Positions 1 through 9,707 of a stretch of 64,000 nucleotides of DNA are shown here, piece after piece. The position numbers were made by a program, and so were the translations under genes. Within the stretch, counting starts at the first letter, position 1. Every line of letters starts with the position of its first letter. This DNA is from a virus. The stretch spans positions 96,001-160,000 of IMG/VR virus record IMGVR_UViG_3300028920_000027; one strand, 5' to 3'. Below the pieces are notes generated by a model that was given only the letters and a program-made list of their open reading frames with translations, made no database searches and was not told where the DNA came from.

Positions 1-208
1 GGATGGCGAGCTTTCGCAGCGCACCAGCCAGCTCACTTGCCTTGGCCTCGGCCTCCTTGAGAGGGTTGGGGGAGGCAGCGGTTCGGTCTCGGTAGTCGTA
101 CCTCGTCATCGTGAAAGAACAGAGCCATCAACAGAATATGGGGTGGCCGCTCCGCGACTCTTCCCGACTCGTCGGACCACCTGTGTCAAGAAGCGGCAGA
201 CCCTTTCA

Positions 209-285
209 GCTCCAGGGGAGGGAATCGAACCCCCAAAAATCTCGGGTAACAACCGAGCGCCTTACCATTCAGCTCCACCCTGGAA
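209..285 (-). tRNA. tRNA-Asn(GTT)
   Basis: Cloverleaf folded by eye; anticodon arm CTCGG-TTGTTAC-CCGAG; TTCGATT T-loop. Confidence 0.85.
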
Positions 286-289
286 TGAC

Positions 290-374
290 AATCACATCAC
301 GGGACTCGAACCCGTCCCTCCGGCTTTAACTCGCTTCCGCTTTCCGGCGTGCTACCGACACACCCTCATGTGAC
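290..374 (-). tRNA. Atypical tRNA-like gene with ~20-nt anticodon loop, identity undetermined
   Basis: Acceptor GTCACAT/ATGTGAT, D arm and T arm ACGGG-TTCGAGT-CCCGT present; anticodon stem CCGG/CCGG encloses AAAGCGGAAGCGAGTTAAAG. Confidence 0.55.
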
Positions 375-532
375 TGCGTTCAACAGCCCTACTCGAGCGC
401 CGTACTCCAGCCACCTACTCACCCCAGACCCCTGTCCGGCGCTGCCCCGGCTCGGCGTTTTTATAGCGTAAAAGCGAGTGTTAGGTCTGACTTTTCTGTG
501 GATGTTCCCGACGCCTTTTCAAGGCTGTCTAG

Positions 533-604
533 TCGGAGACCCGGGGATCGAACCCGGCGAGTCTTGGCCCCGAACCAAGCGGCACACCCTGCGCCTTGTC
601 TCCG
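533..604 (-). tRNA. tRNA-Pro(CGG)
   Basis: Acceptor CGGAGAC/GTCTCCG; anticodon arm CTTGG-TTCGGGG-CCAAG. Confidence 0.85.
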
Positions 605-638
605 TTGTTGAGCGCTATGGATGACCCCCTTTGGACGT

Positions 639-714
639 TGGAGCGAGAGACGGGAATTGAACCCGCCAAATCCGGCTTGGAAGGCCAGCATCACGCCATT
701 GTGATTTCTCTCGC
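639..714 (-). tRNA. tRNA-Gly(TCC)
   Basis: GCGAGAG acceptor; loop CTTCCAA; encoded CCA end. Confidence 0.88.
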
Positions 715-776
715 AAGTGCCCCTGGGGCCAGTGTCCCGACCGAGACCGAGCAGGGGCAAGACGGCGTTGCCGCAG

Positions 777-847
777 CAGGCCTGTAAGGAGTCGAACCCT
801 ATCGACAGTGGACTTGGAAACCACCCGGCTACCTCAGCCTCAGACCC
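777..847 (-). tRNA. tRNA-Trp(CCA), compact D arm
   Basis: Acceptor GGGTCTG/CAGGCCT; anticodon arm GTGGT-TTCCAAG-TCCAC with one T.T mismatch; 5' end overlaps the 3' end of the receiver-domain ORF. Confidence 0.65.
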
Positions 848-1185
848 ATTGAAATCTTGTACATCAACTGATCAAGTCCATCCATCTTTGACCAAAAGTC
901 ATCAGCTCCACATATCCCGGCTTGTATTTCCAAGTCCTCAGAAGGTATTCCCGAAATCAACCATATCGGGGAAGAGGATACTTGGCGAATGAAACCTACT
1001 GCTCGTGGCCCTGGCACCTCAGGAAGGTGAACATCCAACAAGATCAAATCTGGTCCTCTAGCCCGAATCTCGGTGAGGGTCCCCCCAACCGACCTCTTCC
1101 AAAAGAGTCGATGCCCTCGTTTTTCAAAAACCGGAAATACTAACTGACCAAACAGGAAGTCGTCATCGATCAAAAACACCAGCAT
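829..1185 (-). CDS. Stand-alone CheY-like response regulator receiver domain
   Basis: MLVFLIDDD...PDLILLDVHLP...IWLISG...GADDFWSK: acidic pocket, phospho-acceptor Asp, Ser and Lys positions. Start trimmed to ATG 1185 because the longer ORF crosses tRNA genes. Confidence 0.8.
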   Translation of the reverse strand: MLVFLIDDDFLFGQLVFPVFEKRGHRLFWKRSVGGTLTEIRARGPDLILLDVHLPEVPGPRAVGFIRQVSSSPIWLISGIPSEDLEIQAGICGADDFWSKMDGLDQLMYKISMGLRLR

Positions 1186-1238
1186 ATGCACGAGATGCGC
1201 ATAACTTTTTTTGGCGGATGTGTAAAAGGAACACCAAG

Positions 1239-1308
1239 TGGACCCAGGGGGAATCGCACCCCCGCGAGTCTGCTTGCAAGGCAGACCGGTTGCCTTCAAC
1301 TTGAGCCC
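1239..1308 (-). tRNA. tRNA-Ala(TGC)
   Basis: TCTGC-CTTGCAA-GCAGA anticodon arm; G3.U70 pair in acceptor stem. Confidence 0.8.
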
Positions 1309-1314
1309 ATTTCG

Positions 1315-1389
1315 TAGCGAGAGTCGGACTCGAACCGACGACCTCCGGCTTATGGGGCCGGCGAGCACTCCAGACTGCTCTATCTCGCA
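1315..1389 (-). tRNA. tRNA with CAT anticodon (Met or Ile2)
   Basis: CCGGC-CCCATAA-GCCGG anticodon arm; GTCGG-TTCGAGT-CCGAC T arm. Confidence 0.8.
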
Positions 1390-1390
1390 G

Positions 1391-1462
1391 CGCCCCTGAC
1401 GTGGATCGAACACGCCTCGACCGGTCGACAGCCGGTCCGCCTCACCAGATGCGTACAGGGGC
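1391..1462 (-). tRNA. tRNA-Asp(GTC)
   Basis: ACCGG-CTGTCGA-CCGGT arm; GCCCCTG/CAGGGGC acceptor. Confidence 0.85.
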
Positions 1463-1589
1463 AAATGAAGGGTGGCACGTTGGCACATACCACCCCAGGA
1501 GAAGCAACCGATCACCCGAAGGTGCTCGGTCCTATTGTCCTGTCAAGTTGTCAGAGAACGAGGGTGGTGCAACGCCACCTCTTTGCTCA

Positions 1590-1663
1590 GCTCCGGGCCA
1601 AGGGATCGAACCTTGCTAGGCGGTGTCAGAGACCGCTGCCTTCACCAGATGGCTAGCCCGGAA
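1590..1663 (-). tRNA. tRNA-Gln(CTG)
   Basis: GCGGT-CTCTGAC-ACCGC arm; TTCGATC T-loop. Confidence 0.85.
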
Positions 1664-1693
1664 TGTCAAAATGTCTGCCCTGCTCGTGGCAGG

Positions 1694-1768
1694 TGGTAGG
1701 CCAGGTGGGAGTTGAACCCACAGTCATAGATTAAGAGTCTACTGGTTTTGCCGTTAACCGACTGGCCC
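1694..1768 (-). tRNA. tRNA-Lys(CTT)
   Basis: GTAGA-CTCTTAA-TCTAT arm; encoded CCA. Confidence 0.88.
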
Positions 1769-1921
1769 AGATTTTACCCAGCGGCACTTTCGAGAGCAGA
1801 ACCGCTGCTTGGCACTAACATGTGACTTGAAAGACACCTCAACCCAACCTCTTGTTGGGGGTACTCATTGATGTTTACTGACGGGCATAGCACTTGTATA
1901 ACCTCAGTGCTTTAGCCGCCC

Positions 1922-1996
1922 TGGTAGGCCGAGAGGGATTCGAACCCTCAGTCACGGGGTAAAAACCCGCTGGTTTGCGCATTAACCGACCGGCCT
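1922..1996 (-). tRNA. tRNA-Lys(TTT)
   Basis: GCGGG-TTTTTAC-CCCGT arm; encoded CCA. Confidence 0.85.
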
Positions 1997-2111
1997 TCAA
2001 AGGCGAATGGTCGGCACCTGTTTATCCTTGCTCATTTTCGTTCCCGTAGAGGTTGTCAACCCGGTCTAGAGTCATCTTCAAAGAAGATTCGTGGCAGTAA
2101 AAGCAGGGGTG

Positions 2112-2201
2112 TGGTGGGGCGTGAGGGAATCGAACCCACTCGGATCTCGAAGGACTCCAGTTTTACAGACTGACCCGCCTGCCTTAGCGGTCTAACGCCC
2201 C
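2112..2201 (-). tRNA. tRNA-Tyr(GTA), long variable arm
   Basis: TCAGT-CTGTAAA-ACTGG arm; long extra arm; encoded CCA. Confidence 0.88.
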
Positions 2202-2231
2202 ATGGTCTATGTTGATGTTCTTAAAACGACT

Positions 2232-2263
2232 GAGGCCGCCTCAGGTCTTTCCTGGGCGGCCTC
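2232..2263 (-). terminator. GC-rich hairpin upstream of the tRNA cluster (terminator/attenuator-like)
   Basis: GAGGCCGCC-TCAGG/CCTGG-GCGGCCTC inverted repeat, followed on the minus strand by CAGTCGTTTT. Confidence 0.45.
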
Positions 2264-2554
2264 GCTCTCTACTCCTACTGAGTGTGAACTAGGCCGCCTA
2301 GGTATCCACCTCCGGCTTGGCGATCAGAATGCTGGAGGTGATGGGCAAATAGGCTGAATTCCCTGCAAATTCTCCCTGATGCCCACGCGCACACCACTGT
2401 GCCGACGCCATTCTGGCGACTGCGAGTGATTGGAGTTTGTGCGTTGTGGACATCGAAAGCAGAACCTCGTTACATCTACGTCTACACTCTCCCTTGAAGG
2501 GGTGCAAGCATAAAAGTGATCCTGATTTGTCCGACAAGGGTTAGACCCTTGTAA

Positions 2555-3244
2555 TCACAAGGATTGTACGGTGTTGGAAATCTGAATCGACTCAATGCTA
2601 CCGTTGAAGGAGTCAAAGGCCCCAAGCAAATTGGGAGGTTCCATCGTGATCAGATACTCCGGTCGGAAAGGAGTCCATGGGCTCGTGGGATCCACAGGCG
2701 ACCAGTCGGCATCCGGCACGTCCACCCCATTGACCTGAAGCCGTATGTGCCGGGCTCCATGAACGGGTGTAGTACAATCCCATACGCAACGGATGTGCAG
2801 CTTTGTGTTGGACCCGTTGCCCGGGCCCGAAGGGGTCCCACGAGCAACGGCGTTGGCCCCCAGGTCCATCCACTCGATGTGAGGTCGGTTCGAAGTGTCG
2901 ATGGCGATGTGCATAATCCGAGTCACCGGCATCCTGTCGGCAACAGAGAAGATTGAGCGGGTGGTCCCATTCGAACCAGAATCAATGACGAGATCGATCG
3001 AACCCTGCCTGCCCGATATCCGGGAACCGCGCGGAAAGCGTCCTGGCTCACTCAATGCCCACCGGCCTCGACCGGCCACGCTGAAGACCTGATCCGAAAA
3101 GGCCCGCGCGCTGATAGCAGGGGCCAGCATCGAGCTGCCAGCATCCCACAGAGGAGCCCCTCCTGTGGTGTTGGGGGTGGCCATCTGGTTGGTCACGAGA
3201 ACGTTGGAGCCGTGGGCGTGCAGGTCTTGAGAGCGCTGGGCCAT
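2555..3244 (-). CDS. Beta-rich protein, possibly LamG/concanavalin-like virion protein
   Basis: Beta-strand pattern ending FNGSIESIQISN; start uncertain. Confidence 0.4.
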   Translation of the reverse strand: MAQRSQDLHAHGSNVLVTNQMATPNTTGGAPLWDAGSSMLAPAISARAFSDQVFSVAGRGRWALSEPGRFPRGSRISGRQGSIDLVIDSGSNGTTRSIFSVADRMPVTRIMHIAIDTSNRPHIEWMDLGANAVARGTPSGPGNGSNTKLHIRCVWDCTTPVHGARHIRLQVNGVDVPDADWSPVDPTSPWTPFRPEYLITMEPPNLLGAFDSFNGSIESIQISNTVQSL

Positions 3245-3380
3245 GCTGAAGCAATTCAAAAAGCTCTTTTTGAACGCCACAAGGGTGAAGTTCTCACCTG
3301 AAACCCAGAACCTGCTGACATCTGCCTCGGTCAAGGCCAAAGCCCGCACCGCCAACACAGGATTCCGCTGTCATCTGGGC

Positions 3381-3908
3381 ATGGGGGACTATGACCGGTT
3401 CACCGAATACTGGGCCAACGTCGCGTACCAATTCGTGGCTCAAGTCTATGCGGGCTACGACGTCGAGCCCCTGCGCGAGATCGGCGCCGTGGATGATGCT
3501 GACCACACGAGTGGGGCCAATGCCAGCTTCCAGCCCAGCTCAGGCAAGATCTGCCTCTGCCCTAGTTACGTCGCTGGGCGACCAGGGCGCGTCCTGGAGA
3601 AGCTCACCCATGAATTGACTCACGCCGCCCTTGATGGATTCCCCGCCGGTGACCCCTTTTATGAGGAAGGCTACACCGACTTCAGCGTCTGGGTCCTTGC
3701 CCACGCGCCGGTCTGGGGCGAGTACCGTCGCGCCATGATCGAGAGCGCGGAAGAGAACATCACCCTGCGTCGGGAGCGTGCCCTGCGTGACCTAAGCGAC
3801 TACGACCGCAAACGGTGGGCAGGCGGAGTCTTCGCCGCAGAGATGCATGGGCCCATGCTGCCCATCAAGCTCCGGATGCGAAAACTCGAAGGGACCAGAT
3901 ATTGGTGA
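3381..3908 (+). CDS. Zinc metallopeptidase (HExxH, gluzincin-like)
   Basis: LTHELTHAAL followed by FYEEGYTDF. Confidence 0.7.
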   Translation: MGDYDRFTEYWANVAYQFVAQVYAGYDVEPLREIGAVDDADHTSGANASFQPSSGKICLCPSYVAGRPGRVLEKLTHELTHAALDGFPAGDPFYEEGYTDFSVWVLAHAPVWGEYRRAMIESAEENITLRRERALRDLSDYDRKRWAGGVFAAEMHGPMLPIKLRMRKLEGTRYW

Positions 3909-4420
3909 TGGACCCCATCGCGATCCGCGTTGCCGCCCGCTACAAGGCCGCCTCCTATGATTCAGTCTCCTACGACGTGCTGAAGGAGGACTTGTCCCGG
4001 TTCCTACGCTACGTCAAGAAATTCGAACGACAGTCCAAGCTCTTACTTGAGTACCTCGAAAGCTGCAACCAGCTGCTTCGAAACCCGGAACTGGGGGAGC
4101 GGATCAAGACACTCCAAGAATGTCGACATAAGGCCACGCGCCTCCTAAGATCCCTCCCCTCTGCGATTGCCGAGGCCCACAACCCTCAGCGCACCCCCAA
4201 CTGGCACGACTTCCTCTCCTTCTACCAGAGCGGGTTCTTCATCGCGAGCCAAACGGAGAACTGGGAGGGTCTTCTTGAAGAGGAACTCTGGGGGAGTCAT
4301 GTTGCCCAGAGGATCTACAGCCGCATGAACGCGATACCACTGCATGATGCCGTCTCTGAGATCCATGATGATCTCAAGACCATCAAGGGAAAGTCCAACG
4401 ACGAGTGGGGGTGGAGATGA
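3908..4420 (+). CDS. Hypothetical protein with N-terminal RVAARY motif
   Basis: Start overlaps upstream stop; MDPIAIRVAARYKAA. Confidence 0.6.
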   Translation: MDPIAIRVAARYKAASYDSVSYDVLKEDLSRFLRYVKKFERQSKLLLEYLESCNQLLRNPELGERIKTLQECRHKATRLLRSLPSAIAEAHNPQRTPNWHDFLSFYQSGFFIASQTENWEGLLEEELWGSHVAQRIYSRMNAIPLHDAVSEIHDDLKTIKGKSNDEWGWR

Positions 4421-4809
4421 GCAGTCGTGAACAGCTCCTGCAAAAGGAGATTCAGAGCCACCGAAGCACCATCAAGACGCTGGAAGGTATCGCGAAAAAG
4501 CTCAGGGACGTCGTGCGCGTTGTGCAGCCTGACGCTAATGCCAACGGCAGCCCCCAGCAGATGATTGAAGAGGCCAAGACCACAGCTACACACTTTGAGA
4601 GAATGATCGCGCTGCTGGAAAGTGGTAGCGATGGGGACATCGAGGAGCATCTCAGCCTCGCCGATGACGTCCCCTACAGCTTCCTGAGCGAGTACACCCT
4701 CATATTCGATGCCAGCCAGCTGCTGGTCGAACTAGGCCACCTCTACGAATCATCAACCAACGCCTTTGATCGAGCTGAGCGCCTCTATGACGCCCTCGTT
4801 CATGAGTGA
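4417..4809 (+). CDS. Hypothetical helical protein
   Basis: ATGA overlap with upstream gene; GGAG RBS. Confidence 0.55.
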   Translation: MSSREQLLQKEIQSHRSTIKTLEGIAKKLRDVVRVVQPDANANGSPQQMIEEAKTTATHFERMIALLESGSDGDIEEHLSLADDVPYSFLSEYTLIFDASQLLVELGHLYESSTNAFDRAERLYDALVHE

Positions 4810-4924
4810 GCCCGGCGCTCGCGGGTGAGCTTGGTCTTGTAGCGCCGACACGGGTCACGCTTGCTGAGCCACCGGATGGAAGCGGTGGATGCTGCTGTGG
4901 CAGTCTCGACAGAGCGCAATAGTC

Positions 4925-5212
4925 TCAGTGCCACCTTTTGATTTTGGAATCAGGTGGTGTTCGGTCCACTCGTGGACTCCGATCCGGCGGCAGATCGGGC
5001 AGGGTAGGATCGTGTAAAATGCGGTCAATTTGCTCTTTCTTCAGACGCCAGGTCGACCAGAGGTATAGCCCAGCACCCGCGACAATCAGCACGACATACC
5101 AGGGCCACAGGAAATGCTTGACCATGAATACAAGGCCCACGACGAAGCTAGTCTGAGCCAGAGCTTGAACGAGAACGACCAGGAAAGCTACTCGGTCTGA
5201 TATCACTTCCAC
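4925..5212 (-). CDS. Small membrane protein
   Basis: Two hydrophobic segments. Confidence 0.55.
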   Translation of the reverse strand: MEVISDRVAFLVVLVQALAQTSFVVGLVFMVKHFLWPWYVVLIVAGAGLYLWSTWRLKKEQIDRILHDPTLPDLPPDRSPRVDRTPPDSKIKRWH

Positions 5213-5712
5213 CCAGGTGGAGCCATCTCAGCGTACTGATCGATATACTGCTGATCTGTCTCAGACAGGGGTTGGGGGAAGTTCCGAGCCAGGTACTCTC
5301 TAAAAGTCCGACCCCGACGATACTCGACCTCCCCCACTGAAGAAGTCTCACCCGAAGCATCGTATGTCACCCCCAGCCCAAAGGTCTCGGACAACTGCTC
5401 CTCGATGCACCCCTGAGCCCACCCCTCGAAGGGGTTAGGACTGTGGCGGAAAGCCACCGTCGACCCTTTACTCTGAAGTGCCACAGCAAATCCCACTTCC
5501 TGGTCACACGACAACGGGCCTTCATCCCGATTCCACTCGCGCGTCCCCGGAATGCTCACGATCCACACAGGACCATCATCCTGGAAGTCAGTCCTGTGAA
5601 CAACCATTCGGTCCTCGAAGACCTTCACAACGGCTTCCTTCAGAAGGTCCTCAAAATCGTCAGGGGTCAAGCGCTTGCTAGTGTCGAGGTAGATGTATCC
5701 GTAGTTTGCCAT
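5203..5712 (-). CDS. Hypothetical protein
   Basis: MANYGYIYLD start 7 nt after a GGTG-TACAGT promoter motif. Confidence 0.6.
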   Translation of the reverse strand: MANYGYIYLDTSKRLTPDDFEDLLKEAVVKVFEDRMVVHRTDFQDDGPVWIVSIPGTREWNRDEGPLSCDQEVGFAVALQSKGSTVAFRHSPNPFEGWAQGCIEEQLSETFGLGVTYDASGETSSVGEVEYRRGRTFREYLARNFPQPLSETDQQYIDQYAEMAPPGWK

Positions 5713-5731
5713 CACCCCAACTGTACACCGG

Positions 5732-7108
5732 CTACTCGTCCTCAAATAGCTCGCCACTCATGATCAGGTCGAAGGAATCCTGCTGTCCGTACAACTCCTT
5801 AGCCTCCTCCATCACGATTTCCAAGCGCTCGGTCGCGATCCTGTGATAGGGCTCATGCTTCTCGATGCCCAGGAAGTGCATCCGTTCAAGCACCGCCGCA
5901 TGCAAGGTTGACCCCGACCCACAGTAGGGATCAAGCACCAAACCACCCTTGGGACAGACGAGCCTGACCAACCACCGCATGAGCTTGAGCGGTTTGCGCG
6001 TTGGGTGATCATTCTCGATACGCCCACCAAGGGTGGTCTCCTTTTTGGCAGCCTTGGCACAGTAAAAGAAGGGTGCGTCAGGGGGCTCCTGCCCCTCAAA
6101 GTTCGGGAAGAAGCGTGAGGGAGCGGTGTCCACCACGGTCTTCCCCGTGCTTTGCCCCTCCAGCTCCAGGATGGGGCAACCGTCAACACACTCGTAGACC
6201 GGAACTTCCTCATTGCCGTAGACCCGCGCGTTGGGGGCCTTGTCACCATTCTCCGCGCCCACGTTGGCGAACCCACCCGGACGGCGCCCGCCAGGGTCCC
6301 CCCGCTGGTCCCCTCGAATCGTACGCGTGCCGATCTGCCGACATTCCGGGTGGTGAGTCAGGGTCAGATTGGTGGGCCACCGACCACCCTCGTGCTGCTC
6401 CCGCTCGATGGCACCCGAACTGGTGGGATTCCACCGTTGGTCCCCCGCCGCATTGTGGAAAGGATCCGAAGAACTGATCGACAACTGCTCCCCGTTCGTC
6501 GAGATGCGCGTGCCGTCGATGTTGAACGCACCAGTCTCGTGCTCCAAGAGATTCTGCACGACGGTTCCATCAAAAGGCTTGCGGAAGACCATGATAGGCT
6601 CCCACGATGGCTTGAGCGCCGTGCCCCAGCCCTTCCACTTGATGGCCTCGGGATGCTTCTGCTTCTCCAGCTTGGCGCCCACGTTGAGGCTCTTGGGAAA
6701 CCCTTGGGAGTGGACCCACTGGAGTACGTTGGACCCAAACTCGTCAGCAATGGTGTCACGGCACTCAAAACCCGCCGCGCGCAGGCCCATCGAGATGATG
6801 TCCCAGGTTCGAGTCCCGCCGAAACTCAGAAGATGCCCACCGGGCTTGAGCACCCGAAGACACTCCTGCCAGACGGCAATCGGCGGGATCTCCCACTTCG
6901 CCCCCATGAAGTCCCCCCCTGTGTCGAGGCGGACGCCTGCCAGGTAGGCAATGATCTCCTCAATAGTGGGCTCACGAGTCCCAAGCCCATAAGGAGGGTC
7001 CACCACAATGGCATCCACGCTGTTGTTGGGGATCTGCTTCAACCGATCGAGGCAGTCCCCCAGCAGGATGACATCATACAGTTCATTAACCGTTAGAAAT
7101 CCGGACAA
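5732..7108 (-). CDS. DNA amino-methyltransferase (N4-C/N6-A, beta class)
   Basis: GDCLDRL, DAIVVDPPYG (motif IV), HPTRKPLKLMRWLVRL, LDPYCGSGST (SAM-binding motif I). Confidence 0.9.
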   Translation of the reverse strand: MSGFLTVNELYDVILLGDCLDRLKQIPNNSVDAIVVDPPYGLGTREPTIEEIIAYLAGVRLDTGGDFMGAKWEIPPIAVWQECLRVLKPGGHLLSFGGTRTWDIISMGLRAAGFECRDTIADEFGSNVLQWVHSQGFPKSLNVGAKLEKQKHPEAIKWKGWGTALKPSWEPIMVFRKPFDGTVVQNLLEHETGAFNIDGTRISTNGEQLSISSSDPFHNAAGDQRWNPTSSGAIEREQHEGGRWPTNLTLTHHPECRQIGTRTIRGDQRGDPGGRRPGGFANVGAENGDKAPNARVYGNEEVPVYECVDGCPILELEGQSTGKTVVDTAPSRFFPNFEGQEPPDAPFFYCAKAAKKETTLGGRIENDHPTRKPLKLMRWLVRLVCPKGGLVLDPYCGSGSTLHAAVLERMHFLGIEKHEPYHRIATERLEIVMEEAKELYGQQDSFDLIMSGELFEDE

Positions 7109-7934
7109 GGAACTTCCCTCCAGGCGGCACGAGAAGCCGCGTCAACCAATCCACCAGCTCGCCGTGACCTTGAAGCTGGGGAAAGAACCGAGAAGCGCCT
7201 CCCGAGTCCCCGCGCGCCGTGTGTGCACAGTCAATGGTACCAAAGAGCCCTCCCTTGTAGTTGGCGCGATGCTCCCCTCCACCACTCATCCCAGGCCGGT
7301 TACCACTCAAGATGTCGAGCATCACCGCTGAGCAGTTGGGTGCACACTCCCACAGCTGGAGGGTCTCCTTACCATCGTCATCAGCATAACCCACCCGCTG
7401 GAAGCCCGTCTTCGACGTGCTCTTCCACGACCGGGCCTTGGGCGGTTCGAGACTGTCCTTCGAACCCCCCACTTGAACCGCGCTCGCGCGCCGGCACTCA
7501 GGAGTGTGGACGATCAGGACGTTGGACGGCCAGCGTCCCAGCTCGCTGACCTCACTCGCCCCCGAAAGGTCAGAGGTGTTCTTCCACGAGTTGCCCAGCG
7601 ATCCACCCTCGACCTTTAGTCGATCGACCATGGCCTTGTGCTTCTTGAAGTCAGCAGGGTCCGCATGCTCGACTCGCGTGGCGTCGATATTGAGCGCGCC
7701 CGCGCGGTGCCCCACGACGTTTTTGGTGATGGTCTGGTCAAGGGGCTTGCGGAACAAAAAGACTAACTGCCCACGAAAGTTTGGCATCACCAACCAGAGT
7801 GTGTCTCGCAGCTCCAGATGTTGCCGCCCCCAAAGGGCGTCATAAGGGCTCAGAATGGCCGCTATGTGGCCGCCAGGGGCCATCTCGGACACGAATCCCC
7901 AATCGGGCATGTCAATGATGGCCGCTGACAACAC
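7086..7934 (-). CDS. Methyltransferase-like paralogue lacking catalytic and SAM motifs
   Basis: Shares FRKP, GA.NID.TR, GRWP.N and SRFFP blocks with the downstream MTase but has no DPPY and no FxGxG-type motif; GTG start 6 nt after GGTG-TAGTAT. Confidence 0.65.
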   Translation of the reverse strand: MLSAAIIDMPDWGFVSEMAPGGHIAAILSPYDALWGRQHLELRDTLWLVMPNFRGQLVFLFRKPLDQTITKNVVGHRAGALNIDATRVEHADPADFKKHKAMVDRLKVEGGSLGNSWKNTSDLSGASEVSELGRWPSNVLIVHTPECRRASAVQVGGSKDSLEPPKARSWKSTSKTGFQRVGYADDDGKETLQLWECAPNCSAVMLDILSGNRPGMSGGGEHRANYKGGLFGTIDCAHTARGDSGGASRFFPQLQGHGELVDWLTRLLVPPGGKFLVRISNG

Positions 7935-7943
7935 CTGGCTATA

Positions 7944-9707
7944 CTACACCGCCGCTCGACGGTCGTAGCTCGCAACTTTCTGCATGGCCGCCGGGACTTT
8001 ATCCCACCAGGGCAGTCGGTCTTGAGGGCCTGTCTCGAACTGAGCCAAGATCCACTGGGTCTCTTTGGAGGCAGGCCCATAGTTGATGGCGACGTTCATG
8101 ACGCTTTGGAAGTTCGTGAGGACTCGATTCTTGGTATCCGCCGTGAAGGGCACTCTCTGCAAGACCGGCTGCTTCTCGGCCCACTTGAGCGCTGCCACGG
8201 CCTTACCTTTACTCTCAATCCACAAGTTGAGGCTGTAGCCCGACGGTTGAAGAATGACCTTGTAGCGCTCGTACCGGGCGCCCTCTTCGGTGTCGACGAG
8301 CCCCAGTTTGCCACCGAAAAACAGGACCCCAGGGGTCTCGATCATCTCGGATCCACCGCCTTCTGCCCGAACCAACCGCTGGACCATTCCCTTCGTGGCT
8401 GCCGTTCGACGATCGTAGGCTGTCTTCAAGGTTCCGCCGTAAGCTACGACTGCCTCGGCCATGGCATTCTTGAGTGGGCTCGGATCGAGAGCTTCATAAA
8501 CGCGCGCCATCAGCTCCCCCACGGGGTACTTACGCGACCGGTGCAGGTTGAGGGGGCGTCGCCCCACGAACTCCCAGTAGGCATACCCAAACAGGCCGAA
8601 CAAGACAAGGTTGCTCTTCAAGGCCCTCATCTCGCGATCGTTCAAGGTCCGACCCTTACCATTGACCAGCAGCTCGAAATTGTAGAGAGGCCAGGTGTCG
8701 TCACCCCGCTTCAGGGTCTCCTTGAGGCGGCGGTACTCGGCAAGAGGCTTCTGCTCGACCGACATCTGAACCGCAGGCTTGACAGACTTGCCCTTGCCGC
8801 CCGAGCCCATCAAACCCAAGCCACTCAGAGCCTCCTTGAGGCTGATGCCACCCTTGTAGAGCTTGGCGAGGGCCTCTGGACTGGGAGGCATCCTCCCATC
8901 GAGGACATGCCACTTGGCGCGAGGGCGCCAGCCGGGGGTGTGTTCCTCCATCCAAAGCTTGAGCGCCTTGGGGATGGCACGCTCGACTGCCCCCCGGATG
9001 GGGAAGATCTTGGTGTCCCACGTCTGCGTATAGGCGCGCTCGCTCGGCACCCCCACCGTACGGTCGTGCCGACGATGGACGATACCCATAATATAACCCT
9101 TGCCGTCCTTGATTCCGAACGCGATGCGTGGGTGAACGCGGATCTGGTACAAGATCCCAGCGTCGTCCTTGGTGTAGTTGCTGCTGTAGCCTGGGTCGCT
9201 AACAAGCTTCCACTCGACGCTGTCGCCTCGACTCATGGCCGACGAGTAGCTCGTGCCCTCGGGCTCGGGCGGTGGGATCTTGCCTTGGCGACTCTCTTCT
9301 TCGCGCTTCTGATTCCACTTCTCGCGCGCCCGAGCTTCGGCTTCTTCCGTCTTCCGACGCAGATCTTCCCACGAGCCGCCACCTCCCCCAGGTGCGCCCG
9401 AAGGGAGAGTCACATTCTGAGCGATTCCTTGATTGAGCAGAGTCTCGGCAGCCACATTGACCTGGGCCATGCCCTCAGTGGATCCGCCACGATCTGGGTG
9501 GAGCTGCCTCAGCAGCACCTTCCAACGAGCGCGAATGTCCTCAGGAGAGGCTCCCTTCTCCAAGCCCAAGATCCGGTATGCTTCACTGGGAGACATCTGC
9601 CGAGCCACGCGTACGACCGCGCGCCATGCCTCGAACTGGTCATCAGAAGCGGCTCGATTGTGATGGGCCTTGTAGGCTTCCCATGTGTAGGTCCACGGAT
9701 CCATCAT
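7944..9707 (-). CDS. J-domain (DnaJ-like) protein, 587 aa
   Basis: EAYRILGLEKGASPEDIRARWKVLLRQLHPDRGGS with intact HPD motif; long unknown C-terminus. Confidence 0.8.
   Translation of the reverse strand: MMDPWTYTWEAYKAHHNRAASDDQFEAWRAVVRVARQMSPSEAYRILGLEKGASPEDIRARWKVLLRQLHPDRGGSTEGMAQVNVAAETLLNQGIAQNVTLPSGAPGGGGGSWEDLRRKTEEAEARAREKWNQKREEESRQGKIPPPEPEGTSYSSAMSRGDSVEWKLVSDPGYSSNYTKDDAGILYQIRVHPRIAFGIKDGKGYIMGIVHRRHDRTVGVPSERAYTQTWDTKIFPIRGAVERAIPKALKLWMEEHTPGWRPRAKWHVLDGRMPPSPEALAKLYKGGISLKEALSGLGLMGSGGKGKSVKPAVQMSVEQKPLAEYRRLKETLKRGDDTWPLYNFELLVNGKGRTLNDREMRALKSNLVLFGLFGYAYWEFVGRRPLNLHRSRKYPVGELMARVYEALDPSPLKNAMAEAVVAYGGTLKTAYDRRTAATKGMVQRLVRAEGGGSEMIETPGVLFFGGKLGLVDTEEGARYERYKVILQPSGYSLNLWIESKGKAVAALKWAEKQPVLQRVPFTADTKNRVLTNFQSVMNVAINYGPASKETQWILAQFETGPQDRLPWWDKVPAAMQKVASYDRRAAV

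Noticed and set aside
1186-1515. N-terminal extension of the receiver ORF to 1515
   Set aside because: It runs through tRNA-Ala, tRNA-Met and tRNA-Asp; the domain starts at MLVFLIDDD.
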